Source: Alphaproteobacteria bacterium
Lineage (GTDB): Bacteria > Pseudomonadota > Alphaproteobacteria > GM7ARS4 > G965262615
DNA length: 64,000 nucleotides
Direction: 5' to 3'
Assembly (NCBI GenBank): GCA_965262615.1
Contig: OZ253545.1
Coordinates: 928,001 to 992,000 of the forward strand
Shown: in pieces, positions 9,383-19,328 of the stretch
How the letters are laid out: each line of letters begins with the position of its first letter
How positions within the stretch are numbered: position 1 is the stretch's first letter
Notes under the pieces: generated by a model
What the model was told of the DNA's origin: nothing
Seen by the model: only the letters and a program-made list of their open reading frames with translations
The model's database searches: none
Position numbers and translations under genes: made by a program

Positions 9383-9590
9383 TTGAAAATATCAGTGTTT
9401 TTTTGTATTCTGTAAGAGCAAGGAACCTAAGGTCTGACCCACGTGCGTGGGTCGGGCTTCTTACTGAATACAATACCCGACCTCGCCTCGCGTGTGGAAA
9501 GGAAATAGGTAGGAGCTGTCCTTAGGTGGCTTTGCAAAGCCCGGCATGGGTTGGGCTTTATGAGCAAAAACTAACCTAAGGAGTCTCTTT
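9383..9590 (+). promoter_or_regulatory. Promoter (TTGAAA-N17-TATTCT) and ~175-nt structured 5' leader of the lipoprotein gene
   Basis: Promoter at 9383-9411. Hairpins GACCCAC/GTGGGTC and AAAGCCCGGC/GTTGGGCTTT. CCTTAGGT (9520-9527) is complementary both to 9425-9432 and to the RBS segment 9574-9581. Confidence 0.6.
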
Positions 9591-10093
9591 ATGAAAAAAC
9601 GGTTTATCTTTGTGCTTGCCAGTGTGTGTCCATTGGCGGTGCTTCTTGCTGGCTGTGCCAGTATCGTCAAAGGGTCATCGCCCAATTTGGTCTCAATTCA
9701 GTCATCGCCCGAAGGGGTGAATTTTGTGGTCAAAAATGATCAAGGGATGATTATCCACAACGGACGCACCCCCGCCACCGTCTCTCTCAAAGCCAGTGAC
9801 GGATACTTTCAAAGGGCAAACTACATTATCGTTTTCCAAAAAGCGGGTGGCGGCGAGCGCATTGTTCCCCTTTCGGCATCGGTGCGTGCATGGTATGTCG
9901 CAGGCAATGTAATTTTTGGCGGTCTCATCGGCTGGCTGATTATTGACCCCGCAACGGGAGCAATGTGGACGCTGGAAGATGAAGTCGTCAATGTGGCGTT
10001 CGGTGATGATGAGGTGGGGCAAACACAAAACGCTCTGCACATTGCATCCATTGACGATGTGCCGTCTTCATTGCATGACCGCATGAAGCCTTT
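9383..10093. repeat. Inverted repeat, copy 1 (711 bp); partner at 32587-33297
   Basis: Promoter, leader and lipoprotein gene align without gaps to the reverse complement of 32587-33297, with scattered substitutions. Confidence 0.95.
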
Positions 10094-10100
10094 GCAATAA
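9591..10100 (+). CDS. Lipoprotein with PEGA-like domain and hydrophobic Gly-rich hairpin
   Basis: Lipobox LLAGC, 'SIQSSPEG...GRTPATVSL' and 'GNVIFGGLIGWLIIDPATGAMW'. Confidence 0.8.
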   Translation: MKKRFIFVLASVCPLAVLLAGCASIVKGSSPNLVSIQSSPEGVNFVVKNDQGMIIHNGRTPATVSLKASDGYFQRANYIIVFQKAGGGERIVPLSASVRAWYVAGNVIFGGLIGWLIIDPATGAMWTLEDEVVNVAFGDDEVGQTQNALHIASIDDVPSSLHDRMKPLQ

Positions 10101-11432
10101 TCAGTCGGCAATCGCGTCTTTGATTTGTGGCACAAGGGCGCGAGTGCGCGCCATGACATCATTGATGTCCAGCGTGAGAATAATGCCATCGCGCACCAGC
10201 ATCGTGCCACCCACAAGCACATGGCGCACATCGGATTTCGCCGCCGAATAAACCAAATGCGTGATGGGATCAAACATGGGGACGCTATGAGGGCGGTCAC
10301 AATCCACCAATATAATGTCGGCGAGTTTTCCCTCCTCCAGCGAGCCCAGTCGGTTTTCAAGCCCCAACGCCCGTGCGCCGTGCAGCGTTGCCATGTGAAG
10401 CACATCGTGCGGCGAGATCATGTCCGCCCGTTGATGATAACCCTTCGGCAGTGTCGCCGCCAGACGCATGGTGAGCCACATATCCAAATCATTGCCACTG
10501 ATGGCGCCGTCCGTTCCCAGAGTCACCAACACGCCCGCTTTGCGCAAGGCATCAATGGGCGCAATGCCCGACCCCAACTTCAAATTAGACAACGGATTGT
10601 GAATCACGCTTGCGTGCGTGCGCGCTAAAATATCAATCTCCTCGTCATCCAGATGCACACAGTGAGCCAGATGGGTGTGGTCATCCAACAAATCCAACGC
10701 CTCCATGTGACGAATGACCGAGCGTCCATAGCGGTTGGTGATATCCGCCTGTTCGGCGCGCGTCTCGGCGGCGTGAATATGAAACAGCGCGCCTTCATCA
10801 CGCGCCATGGTTTTGGCAATGGTCAAATTCTCGGGACACACCGTATAGCAGCCATGAGGCATGACGGCGGGAAAAATATCATCGCTGTTTTTGTAATCTT
10901 TGATGAACTGGCGCGCCTCATCTTGATACTGCTGCTGCGAGCGTTCCCCCACACCGGGCGGGTCAAAAAAAATGCCTCCCGTTGACAGACGCATTCCCAT
11001 GAGACGCGCGGCGCGAGCGGTCTCTTGAGGATACCAAAACATATCCACCACCGTTGCCACGCCTCCCAGCAGATTTTCAGCCAGTCCCAACAGTGAGCCC
11101 AAATGCGTGGTCTCGGGGTTAAGAATGGCATGCTCCGCCCTCCACACAACCTGCAGCCATGCCTCAAGAGACAAGCCCTCAACCAAGCCGCGAAACAAAC
11201 TATCCGCCAAATGACAATGGGAATTGATGAGGGCAGGCATGACAATCATGTTGGCGGCGTTCATGTGTTCTCGCGCCGTGAGGTTGTGCTGTGCCGCCTG
11301 TTCTTTGGTGAGGATGGCGGCGATGGTGTCACCCGCCACCGCCACCACGCCATCACCGACGACGCGGTGTTTCGCATCCGCCGTCACAATCGTGCCGCCA
11401 CTGATGACAAGGTCATAAATTGTGTTGGACAT
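10101..11432 (-). CDS. Amidohydrolase family deaminase (MTA/SAH deaminase-like)
   Basis: MPALINSHCHL (HxH), HIHAAET, LAHCVH, HNPLSNLKLGSG, LGTDGA and GSLEEGKLADI. Start chosen at MSNTIYDL. Confidence 0.9.
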   Translation of the reverse strand: MSNTIYDLVISGGTIVTADAKHRVVGDGVVAVAGDTIAAILTKEQAAQHNLTAREHMNAANMIVMPALINSHCHLADSLFRGLVEGLSLEAWLQVVWRAEHAILNPETTHLGSLLGLAENLLGGVATVVDMFWYPQETARAARLMGMRLSTGGIFFDPPGVGERSQQQYQDEARQFIKDYKNSDDIFPAVMPHGCYTVCPENLTIAKTMARDEGALFHIHAAETRAEQADITNRYGRSVIRHMEALDLLDDHTHLAHCVHLDDEEIDILARTHASVIHNPLSNLKLGSGIAPIDALRKAGVLVTLGTDGAISGNDLDMWLTMRLAATLPKGYHQRADMISPHDVLHMATLHGARALGLENRLGSLEEGKLADIILVDCDRPHSVPMFDPITHLVYSAAKSDVRHVLVGGTMLVRDGIILTLDINDVMARTRALVPQIKDAIAD

Positions 11433-14400
11433 CCGCCAATGATACCATGAAAATATTACGGGTGAAACAAGGATGCTCGCGCCGTGCTTCCGCTTCAAAG
11501 CCTTGCCACCAAATTGCGAAGGCGTTCGTAGCGGCGGTCATCCGCAAGAGATGGATTACTTTCAATAATAATTTTAAGTATATCGGGCAAACTCCACGGA
11601 ACATTATTCGGATTGCTCCCCAAGATAATATCAAGCAATTCCAAAGTCTCATGAGGAAACTTCTTGGCGATGGGGTCGCCATCCCTCCCCTCATAAAACC
11701 TATAGAGCCATGGATTTTTCATCTCACCGAGAAACCCTTTCACTGCTTCAAGAAATTGGGGAAAATGCCCATTTGATTCTGCAAGCCCTGCCTCTTCAAG
11801 AATATCAATAAACGCCTCCATCGTCTCCTTGCTTTGATAATCCAGCCGCTGAGGCCATGCCTCTTTGATAAAATCAAGGGTAAGGCGATAACATCCATTT
11901 TTCTTCATATCATGTTTCATGTCATGTCTCAGCTGACGGAGAACATGAGACGCACCCAGTGGAGACATTTTTTTTATGCAAGATTCTGCATCTTGGTAAG
12001 AAAAAACGCCTTCCTTCTCATAATCAAAACACAATACACTCACCCAATGACATGCTGACTCATAAGCTTGTTCACGGCGATTTTCCCACTTCCACTCCTT
12101 ATCCATTTTTTCAAACAAATTGAGAAAATCTGACTTGAGATGCGGAAACATATCGGGATGCGACAGACCGTTGCTATGCAAGAGTCCATTCCATGCCGAC
12201 TCTGACCGTTCGTTGGTCAATTGAAACAGAGGAAATAAATGCTGGCTTGTCCAATCAGGGTCTATGTAGTGAAGATAGAGGCTATTTTGTGCCAAAATAC
12301 ATGCCACATGGTATGAGCCATCCCCTGGTGCTTGAAGCAATTGCTCAAAACGGCGGGCGAATTCAGAGGGTATGCCAGATTTTTCCTTTCTTTCTTTGGC
12401 AGAAAATATCTTAAGTAGCCCCTCTGTGATATGACCAAAATGCGAATTAATGGCATGCTCCAAAAGTGTGCGGGGCGGATTGTTTGTATCACCGTCATCA
12501 TTCAGCAAAGAACTCCCAGCCTGTTTTGGTGGTGCGGTGAGAAAACGCTTCAGCAAATCATCAAAAATGGCAAGAGCATATTGTTCGTCTTGTTGTGCAA
12601 TTTGTGGCAAGCGATCCCTAACCCATCCGCCGAGTGTAAATTGCATCAAATGATGAATAACATTGGCGGGCAAACGGCGCAGATGTTCGTGAAAAAGGCG
12701 AGTGATACGAGGGGGTGTTTTATCGTAATTCCACCTACTGATAGCATCCCTCCAAAAAGGAATATAATATTCATTTTTGCGAGTTGCCAACTTCAAAGCC
12801 GCTATGGCTCTCAGTGGCTCATCTCGCACCAGTCCAACAAAGGGGCGCAAATCGTCTCCACCCCACACAATCTTTTGGGATGTTTTTCCTGCTTGTTTAA
12901 TCACTTCTGCTAGAGGAATGTTCATCAATGCCTGATAATCGGTATCTTCACCGATACTTCTCGTAGTTCCAAAAAATGTCGGCTCTGGCTTTTTTTCGTT
13001 CAAGCAATCAAGCCAATAGGAAGATTTCCCTTTGATTTTATCAAAATAATTTACAAATTGCTCTTTAGTGTATTTTTCCAAGTTAATCAACTCAGCGCGA
13101 ATAGATTCAAGGTAGTCATCCCAATTGATTTGCTCGCCTGATGGCGGCAAAAAATCAGTGGATCTCAAATGGAAGAATGGCTGCTCATTGCGCTGCTCAA
13201 AAAAGGCGAATAGGAAATCCCATACTTTTTCAAAAGATTCGGGCATATCTTTTGCTTTTTGTGCCTCCTCCACATTGTCGGACAAGAAATTAAGAAGGCG
13301 AGGATGAAGAGGATAGTGCCGATTTTTCACCAACCAACCAACAACGATGGGTGATGTCACATGCTTTGCCATCCAGCGACATAAATGAAAAAGCCTTGGG
13401 GGCATATTAGGGGTGCTACCAAAAAAATATGGGTAGTCTTTCAGTGGATTGCCATCACTTTTGAACCATTGGAGCATCCCCTCTTCAGCAAAGACATCAA
13501 TCCAATCGGCGTGAGGAGAAGGATTCAAATCTGCAAAATCCTTGGCTTCCGCCACGCCTTTTACCATGTAGCAGACCTGTGTCCGTTCATACGACTCCAA
13601 TTCCTTAGGTGACGAAAGATATTTCTTTTTCACATCATTAGGATTGAATTGAGCCCAAGCTCGCAAGGCATCCCAGAGGTGTGAATGCTTATCATTTTGC
13701 AGAGGATAGAGTATGGGCTTTGCACGAATTTTCTTCCATCTTTTTTGAATTTTTTCTTTGTCACCTTCATCTTTGAAGCTATCAAAAGCATACAAGTCTA
13801 AATAAGACTTATCTTCTTTTAAATCTTTATCTTTTAAAAGCCCTTTGAAGAAATACTGGATGATTGGATCTTCAGCTGCGTATCCGCAAAATACCACCGT
13901 ATATTTCTGAATCAGTTCTTTCAAGAAAAAAGCCGCCCACCCCTGAGTTATGTACGCCTCACCAAAATCGCTCTGGCTGAGAACATAATTGCGAGAGCAA
14001 ATCCTACCATGAAGGTAGGTGATTCCAGAGATTGAGTCACCCCAATGAATTTGAGGCAGTGCAGGTGGTTCATGCACGACCGCGCCTTGAATTGCTTTTT
14101 CAAACAATAAATCAAAGTTAGTCGTCACAATTTGTGGAACGCCGTTGCTAGATGAAATATCGGCAATAATCTTATGATTTTTAACATTGGTGTGATTTTT
14201 CAAAAGACCAGCGATAATTTGATTGACCCTTATCCTGCTATAATTTTCTTCAAGCTGACTGAACAATTCGTCAAATCGGATGCCTCCGTTTTCAATTTTG
14301 CTTTTAAGCTCCTCGCTTTCTCTCAACTCTTTAACAACACTTTGAGCTAAACTCTTGAAATGCGGCATCCTACTTCCCACAGAAACCCCTGCACCACAGA

Positions 14401-14903
14401 GGAACACCACATTGCCTTGTCTTTGGCGTCTCACCAGTTCATCTGGTATATCAAGCCCATCACGATTAAATTGCATGAACAATCATCTCTATCATCGGAA
14501 GGGTAAGTTGTTTTTGCTTTCAAGTCAACGAAGTGTTATACAGAAATCATTTCTTGCGAGTGAACAAACTTGATTCTCATCGCGATGCGCCTTGGTGAGG
14601 TGCGTCATTATGGAGAGTCCCTGCCCGCCACACAATCTGTTGCCATGCCTCAAGAGACACGCTCGCACCCGAGCCGCGAAACAAACGCTCCGCCAAATGA
14701 CAATGGGAATTGATGATGGCAGGCATGACAATCATATTGGCGGCGTTAATGTGTTCACGCGCCGTGAGGTTGTGCTGCGCCGCCTGTTCTTTGGTAAGGA
14801 TGGCGGCGATGGTGTCACCCGCCACCGCCACCACGCCATCATCAATGACACGGTGTTTCGCATCCGCCGTCACAATCGTCCCACCACTGACGATAAGGTC
14901 ATA
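11137..14903. repeat. 281-bp direct repeats (11137-11417 and 14623-14903) bracketing the SIR2 gene
   Basis: Both copies encode the amidohydrolase N-terminus (YDL.SGGTIVTADAKHRV...INSHCHLA) at a constant offset of 3486 bp. Confidence 0.93.
11495..14476 (-). CDS. Long SIR2-domain protein, defence-associated sirtuin (Dsr1-like)
   Basis: N-terminal VVFLCGAGVS, IVTTNFD, YLHG, VLSQSDFGEAY and VVFCGYAAEDP followed by a long helical C-terminal region. AT-rich. Confidence 0.82.
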   Translation of the reverse strand: MQFNRDGLDIPDELVRRQRQGNVVFLCGAGVSVGSRMPHFKSLAQSVVKELRESEELKSKIENGGIRFDELFSQLEENYSRIRVNQIIAGLLKNHTNVKNHKIIADISSSNGVPQIVTTNFDLLFEKAIQGAVVHEPPALPQIHWGDSISGITYLHGRICSRNYVLSQSDFGEAYITQGWAAFFLKELIQKYTVVFCGYAAEDPIIQYFFKGLLKDKDLKEDKSYLDLYAFDSFKDEGDKEKIQKRWKKIRAKPILYPLQNDKHSHLWDALRAWAQFNPNDVKKKYLSSPKELESYERTQVCYMVKGVAEAKDFADLNPSPHADWIDVFAEEGMLQWFKSDGNPLKDYPYFFGSTPNMPPRLFHLCRWMAKHVTSPIVVGWLVKNRHYPLHPRLLNFLSDNVEEAQKAKDMPESFEKVWDFLFAFFEQRNEQPFFHLRSTDFLPPSGEQINWDDYLESIRAELINLEKYTKEQFVNYFDKIKGKSSYWLDCLNEKKPEPTFFGTTRSIGEDTDYQALMNIPLAEVIKQAGKTSQKIVWGGDDLRPFVGLVRDEPLRAIAALKLATRKNEYYIPFWRDAISRWNYDKTPPRITRLFHEHLRRLPANVIHHLMQFTLGGWVRDRLPQIAQQDEQYALAIFDDLLKRFLTAPPKQAGSSLLNDDGDTNNPPRTLLEHAINSHFGHITEGLLKIFSAKERKEKSGIPSEFARRFEQLLQAPGDGSYHVACILAQNSLYLHYIDPDWTSQHLFPLFQLTNERSESAWNGLLHSNGLSHPDMFPHLKSDFLNLFEKMDKEWKWENRREQAYESACHWVSVLCFDYEKEGVFSYQDAESCIKKMSPLGASHVLRQLRHDMKHDMKKNGCYRLTLDFIKEAWPQRLDYQSKETMEAFIDILEEAGLAESNGHFPQFLEAVKGFLGEMKNPWLYRFYEGRDGDPIAKKFPHETLELLDIILGSNPNNVPWSLPDILKIIIESNPSLADDRRYERLRNLVARL

Positions 14904-14906
14904 CAT
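14577..14906 (-). pseudogene. Truncated duplicate of the amidohydrolase 5' end
   Basis: About 95 codons match 10101-11432, then the sequence diverges and stops, lacking the remaining catalytic motifs. Confidence 0.88.
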
Positions 14907-14915
14907 GAGGAGGCA

Positions 14916-15071
14916 TCACGATTTTTTTTGCTTTGGTCGCCTCGCGCTCGTTCCTGATGCTCCAACCGTGACTTTTCTATATTTGGTTGCATCTGTGCCT
15001 TTGATCGCAACCACAGGTTTTTTTGGTCGCAGCCTAGTAACGCCTAAAAATGTGCTAAATCTTGACTTCAT
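14916..15071 (-). CDS. Small basic protein (51 aa), not in the ORF track
   Basis: MKSRFSTFLGVTRLRPKKPVVAIKGTDATKYRKVTVGASGTSARRPKQKKS. ATGA overlap with the upstream stop and a GAAGGGTGA RBS-like sequence. Confidence 0.4.
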   Translation of the reverse strand: MKSRFSTFLGVTRLRPKKPVVAIKGTDATKYRKVTVGASGTSARRPKQKKS

Positions 15072-15691
15072 TTGTCACCCTTCGTTGTTGGAGGAGGAGG
15101 TGTTTGAGCTGGTGATGTTTGTGGCTTGGGTGCTGCTACCCTATTGCCCTTAATTCCATCAATATTGTATTCAGCATTGATAGGGCTGGTATTTCCATCG
15201 GATGAAGTGGTTGTACTCTTCTCATTCATACCCTGTTCCTCCCCGTATTTATTATACACCAACGAACCCCATTGTAAAAGGATTACCATAGACATAAAGA
15301 CTGCTCCCAGCCAAAACAACCCATCTAACCAGTTAGTTTTTTTTCTGATAGATGTGGATAATTCTTCCTGAATTTCTTCGTCCCTAATAACCGCTTGTGC
15401 ATAATCTGCATTTTTTCTCATAATGGATAGAGCCAAAGATGCACTCGCAATGAAAGAAATAAAAGCAAGAAACCAAGAAACAGCCGTGCCAAAAAAGACA
15501 TCGGAATGATAATCCTTCAAAGACGGAAATAACAAGAGAAGCAAACCAATGGCAAGATATGAAATGGTCAGCAATTGTTTGTTTCGATCCAAGCGATTTT
15601 GCAGCCACGCATTGACAAGAGCATCGTAGTAAGCGACCTCCTTCTCGTAATAGACATCCCACTCTCTGTTCTTATTGTTATCTTGCGCCAT
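15068..15691 (-). CDS. Hypothetical membrane protein (3 TM helices, Pro/Thr-rich tail)
   Basis: GGAG RBS before MAQDN, three hydrophobic segments, AT-rich. Confidence 0.7.
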   Translation of the reverse strand: MAQDNNKNREWDVYYEKEVAYYDALVNAWLQNRLDRNKQLLTISYLAIGLLLLLFPSLKDYHSDVFFGTAVSWFLAFISFIASASLALSIMRKNADYAQAVIRDEEIQEELSTSIRKKTNWLDGLFWLGAVFMSMVILLQWGSLVYNKYGEEQGMNEKSTTTSSDGNTSPINAEYNIDGIKGNRVAAPKPQTSPAQTPPPPTTKGDK

Positions 15692-15883
15692 GTTTTTACT
15701 CCATTGATGTTTGTGATTATTGCCAATAGATATCGTTATTGCAAGAAACATCCCGCCTCAAGTCTTTGACGCATTGCTTAATGTGATGAGACCCTCTAAA
15801 AGTGGTGAACATATTTAACCCTAACCACAAGAGGAGACAGAAATTGAATTGAAAATTCATAGATATTTTGCTTTAGATAGACG

Positions 15884-16543
15884 ATGCCGACATTTGATGA
15901 AAATCCCATCCTGAATTCTCCTTACCGCCATCCGCAAAATCATTGGCGGCTGGATAAAGATGGAAAGCCTTTGGATATTATTGATTCGGGGCGGCGTCGT
16001 AGTATTCATTGGATGCCGATACCAAAATCAAGTCGCTCACAAAAAGGCGACCCTCAGCAAGGGAAGCTTGATTTAGAAGAACGGACACGCTCAAAAGAGT
16101 TGGCGTTGCAAATCGTCAAGCACATTCGCAACGAAGTTGATAATTGGCGGGTGCGTCCCATTCACAAGAAGAATGTCACCTATGTGACGCAAAAATTTTT
16201 ACAAAAATGGAACGAGGGGCAGGAGTCTGGAGGGTATCCTTTATTTTTTTGTCAAAAAGAGGCGGCAGAGACCCTTGTGTGGCTCAATGAGGTGGCTCCG
16301 CACACGGCACAGGGCAAACGCATTATTGAACAGATAAAAGATGCCAATGAAGAAGCCAATCCGTCTCTGCTGCGCTATGCCACCAAGATGGCGACAGGAG
16401 CGGGCAAAACAACGGTGATGGCGATGATGATCGCCTATCACACGGTCAATAAGATGCGCCAGCCGAAGTCGTCTCGCTTTTGCAATCATTTTTTGATTAT
16501 CACGCCCGGCATCACCATTCGGGATAGTCGGATTTTTCGCTGA
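15884..16543 (+). pseudogene. Type III-like restriction (Res) helicase subunit, N-terminal fragment
   Basis: ILNSPY..P..HW start, FCQKEAAET, Walker A KMATGAGKT and LIITPGITIRD. The ORF stops before the DEAH motif and nuclease domain. Confidence 0.82.
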
Positions 16544-16623
16544 TGCCTAAGAATTTGATAATTTCCATTTTTACTTGTTTGTGGAAAAATGATACAGAAT
16601 GACAATGTAAATAGGAGAACAGG

Positions 16624-17817
16624 ATGCCTCACGTCAAATCTAATGCAAATACCCTTCCCTATGAAAAAAATAGCGTTGAAGAAGAGAAGATTTTGTCAAA
16701 TATAGCATCATTTGATTGGAATTTTCGTGGAGCAATAACCAATGATATCACACACGGATATCATCCCTATCCAGCTCGCTTTATTCCACAAATTCCTGCC
16801 TCCCTAATTCAACATTTTACTAATGTTGGTGACATTGTTTACGACCCTTTTGTAGGTTGTGGAACAACATGCGTAGAGGCTAATATTGCTCGGCGTAATG
16901 CTATTGGTAATGATGTTAATGAAATTGCGGTGCTTATATCTAAAGTTAAAACAACTCCTTTGTATAAAAAGGATGAACTAAAAATTTTGAAGACCGCAAC
17001 AAACGCGAGAAATTTAGTGGACTCCCAGTATAACATTGAAAGTGATGATATCCCCGAGCTTTCACGGGAATGGTTTGAGGAATTTATTGCTCGAGAAATA
17101 TGCATTGTTAAAAAATCAGTTAATGAATTGACTTCTTGTGAATTGCAAAATTTTTGTTTTGCGGCACTGTCAGCAATTTTGGTAGGCATTTCAAAACAAG
17201 ATAGTGATACAAGATATGTACGGGTGTCAAAAAAATTATCGAATTTTGAAGCGATATCTCGTTATGAGAAGCAACTTTCAAAAATGTTACGGATAATGGA
17301 TTATTCTCGTTTAGCCTTGTCACGAGGAACTTCTGACATTCGGGTAGCCGATAGTCGAGATGAAGGGATATTCCAAGATGACTTAGCTGACCTTATTGTC
17401 ACATCCCCTCCATACCCCAATGCATACGATTATCATCTTTATCATCGTCATCGTTTGTTGTGGCTTGGCATGGACCCTGCAAAATTGAAAAAACATGAAA
17501 TTGGCGCGCACGCTCACTACTCTCGTACAAACGGGATGGATGAAAATGATTTTTATAATGATATGGAAAAAGTATTTCGTTCATCAGGACGAGTCTTAAA
17601 AAGCAAAAGATATTTTGTAATTGTCATTGGAGATTCAACTTTGCAGGGGCGACGAATTCGCAACAGCGAAATTATAAAGGATGCTGCAATTGTCTCTGGC
17701 TTTCGTCCAGTTTCAGAATTCAAACGAAAAATAGATTCTCGGAAAAAATATTTTAATCCTTCCCATGGAAATATTAAGGATGAAGATATTGTAATTTTCA
17801 AAAATTGTAAGTATTAA
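16624..17817 (+). CDS. DNA amino-methyltransferase (probably N4-cytosine), MTase 1
   Basis: THGYHPYPARFIPQI, motif I DPFVGCGTT, motif IV TSPPY. Confidence 0.88.
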   Translation: MPHVKSNANTLPYEKNSVEEEKILSNIASFDWNFRGAITNDITHGYHPYPARFIPQIPASLIQHFTNVGDIVYDPFVGCGTTCVEANIARRNAIGNDVNEIAVLISKVKTTPLYKKDELKILKTATNARNLVDSQYNIESDDIPELSREWFEEFIAREICIVKKSVNELTSCELQNFCFAALSAILVGISKQDSDTRYVRVSKKLSNFEAISRYEKQLSKMLRIMDYSRLALSRGTSDIRVADSRDEGIFQDDLADLIVTSPPYPNAYDYHLYHRHRLLWLGMDPAKLKKHEIGAHAHYSRTNGMDENDFYNDMEKVFRSSGRVLKSKRYFVIVIGDSTLQGRRIRNSEIIKDAAIVSGFRPVSEFKRKIDSRKKYFNPSHGNIKDEDIVIFKNCKY

Positions 17818-17823
17818 TAGCAC

Positions 17824-19326
17824 ATGCATCGCTACAAGTTGATGTTTGCAGAATATCCTTTGCGTGCCTATGAGCGTGAGATGGCGTTGTGGGAACTGCA
17901 GGAGCTATTGCCTGATGCTCGCGTCCGATGCGATGGCGAGGAAGTTTCTGTTCATACAGAGACACTTGATGGACAAGCTCATAAGAAGCTAAGGAAGTTA
18001 ACTTTTTTTTCGAAATTTCGAAAATGTGGAAGATGGATAGCAACGAATCAGAGCGTATTAGAGGCAGCAGACCGTAATAATAGGTTAGCTAGGAACGTCC
18101 GTTATTTTTCACATTCATTGCACGAGTACAAAGGACGTTTTTACCCGCAGCTTTGCAAATCTCTTATAAATATCAGTGGTGGTGAAGGGGTGGTATTAGA
18201 TCCATTTTGTGGTTGTGGGACGTTACTCTTTGAATCCGCCCTGAATGGTGTGCAATCAGTAGGGGTGGATATTAATCCGGTTGGGCACATGATCTCTCAG
18301 GCAAAAGTCTCTAGCTTGCGTATGAGTCAAGAGACCTTAAACAAGATGAGAAATTTTTTCTATGAAAAATCCGATAATTCAGTAAAACAACGCGGCATTC
18401 CTCTCAATGGAAGAGACATGGATTATTTGCGTAGATGGTTTCCTGAAAAAAATCTTGTTCAAATCATTCAACTGGATGATGAGATTAATTCTAATTTTTC
18501 CGAGGAGGAATCCCTTTTCTTACGTGTGGTGTTAAGTGAAATACTTAAAATTTTTTCGTGGCAGTCTCCAGATGAGCAGCGTATCCGTAGGAGAAAAGAC
18601 ACGCCACCTAGTAATGTTCGTGAATTCTTTTGTGAGCGACTATTTCAGCACCTTGACAAGATATCGATTCTAAACGGTATCCGCAAACCGTATGACTTAA
18701 AGGCAGAGGCAATGTTAGGAGACGCTCGAAATCTTCCTTTAGCTTCTTCCAGTATTGATTTTGTTGTTAGCTCGCCCCCATATGCGACTGCTTTGCCTTA
18801 TATTGATGCAGATAGATTGTCTCTATACCTATTTGCTCTCACAAATAAGAAAACCTTTAATGAGCTGGGACGAAGCTCTATCGGCAATCGTGAAATTTTA
18901 GTTAGCGAGCGTAAAAAATGGGAAGAGCAAATTTCTAGTGCGTACTCCAATCATGAATTACCCATCAATATATTGGATTTTTTGTCTGAAATCCGGGATC
19001 GCAATGCGAGAGCAAATGTAGGATTTAGGCGTAGAAATACTGCGGCTTTACTTTATAAATATTTTATAGATATGCGCGATTCTCTGGGTGAAATAATGAG
19101 AGTTCTGAAATCCAAGGGGAAAGCATCTTTGGTTGTAGGCAACAATTTTACTGTTGCTGGTGGTGTTCCTATGGAAATTCCAACCGCACATTTCATCAAT
19201 ACTATAGCTAATAATATGGGAATTCGCGTTTTGAGAAAGATTTATTCTAGCACTCCCTCGCCCTATAATATTTATTCTAAAAACGCGATAAGGCGAGAGA
19301 CTATTTCAATTTTGGAAATGCCATAA
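17824..19326 (+). CDS. DNA amino-methyltransferase (probably N4-cytosine), MTase 2
   Basis: SHSLHEYKGRFYPQL, DPFCGCGT and SSPPY. Confidence 0.88.
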   Translation: MHRYKLMFAEYPLRAYEREMALWELQELLPDARVRCDGEEVSVHTETLDGQAHKKLRKLTFFSKFRKCGRWIATNQSVLEAADRNNRLARNVRYFSHSLHEYKGRFYPQLCKSLINISGGEGVVLDPFCGCGTLLFESALNGVQSVGVDINPVGHMISQAKVSSLRMSQETLNKMRNFFYEKSDNSVKQRGIPLNGRDMDYLRRWFPEKNLVQIIQLDDEINSNFSEEESLFLRVVLSEILKIFSWQSPDEQRIRRRKDTPPSNVREFFCERLFQHLDKISILNGIRKPYDLKAEAMLGDARNLPLASSSIDFVVSSPPYATALPYIDADRLSLYLFALTNKKTFNELGRSSIGNREILVSERKKWEEQISSAYSNHELPINILDFLSEIRDRNARANVGFRRRNTAALLYKYFIDMRDSLGEIMRVLKSKGKASLVVGNNFTVAGGVPMEIPTAHFINTIANNMGIRVLRKIYSSTPSPYNIYSKNAIRRETISILEMP

Positions 19327-19328
19327 AA

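Noticed and set aside
9412-9590. c-di-GMP-I or cobalamin riboswitch
   Set aside because: Only short words (GCAAAGCC, CCTAAGG) match, and not in the consensus order; kept as an unclassified leader.
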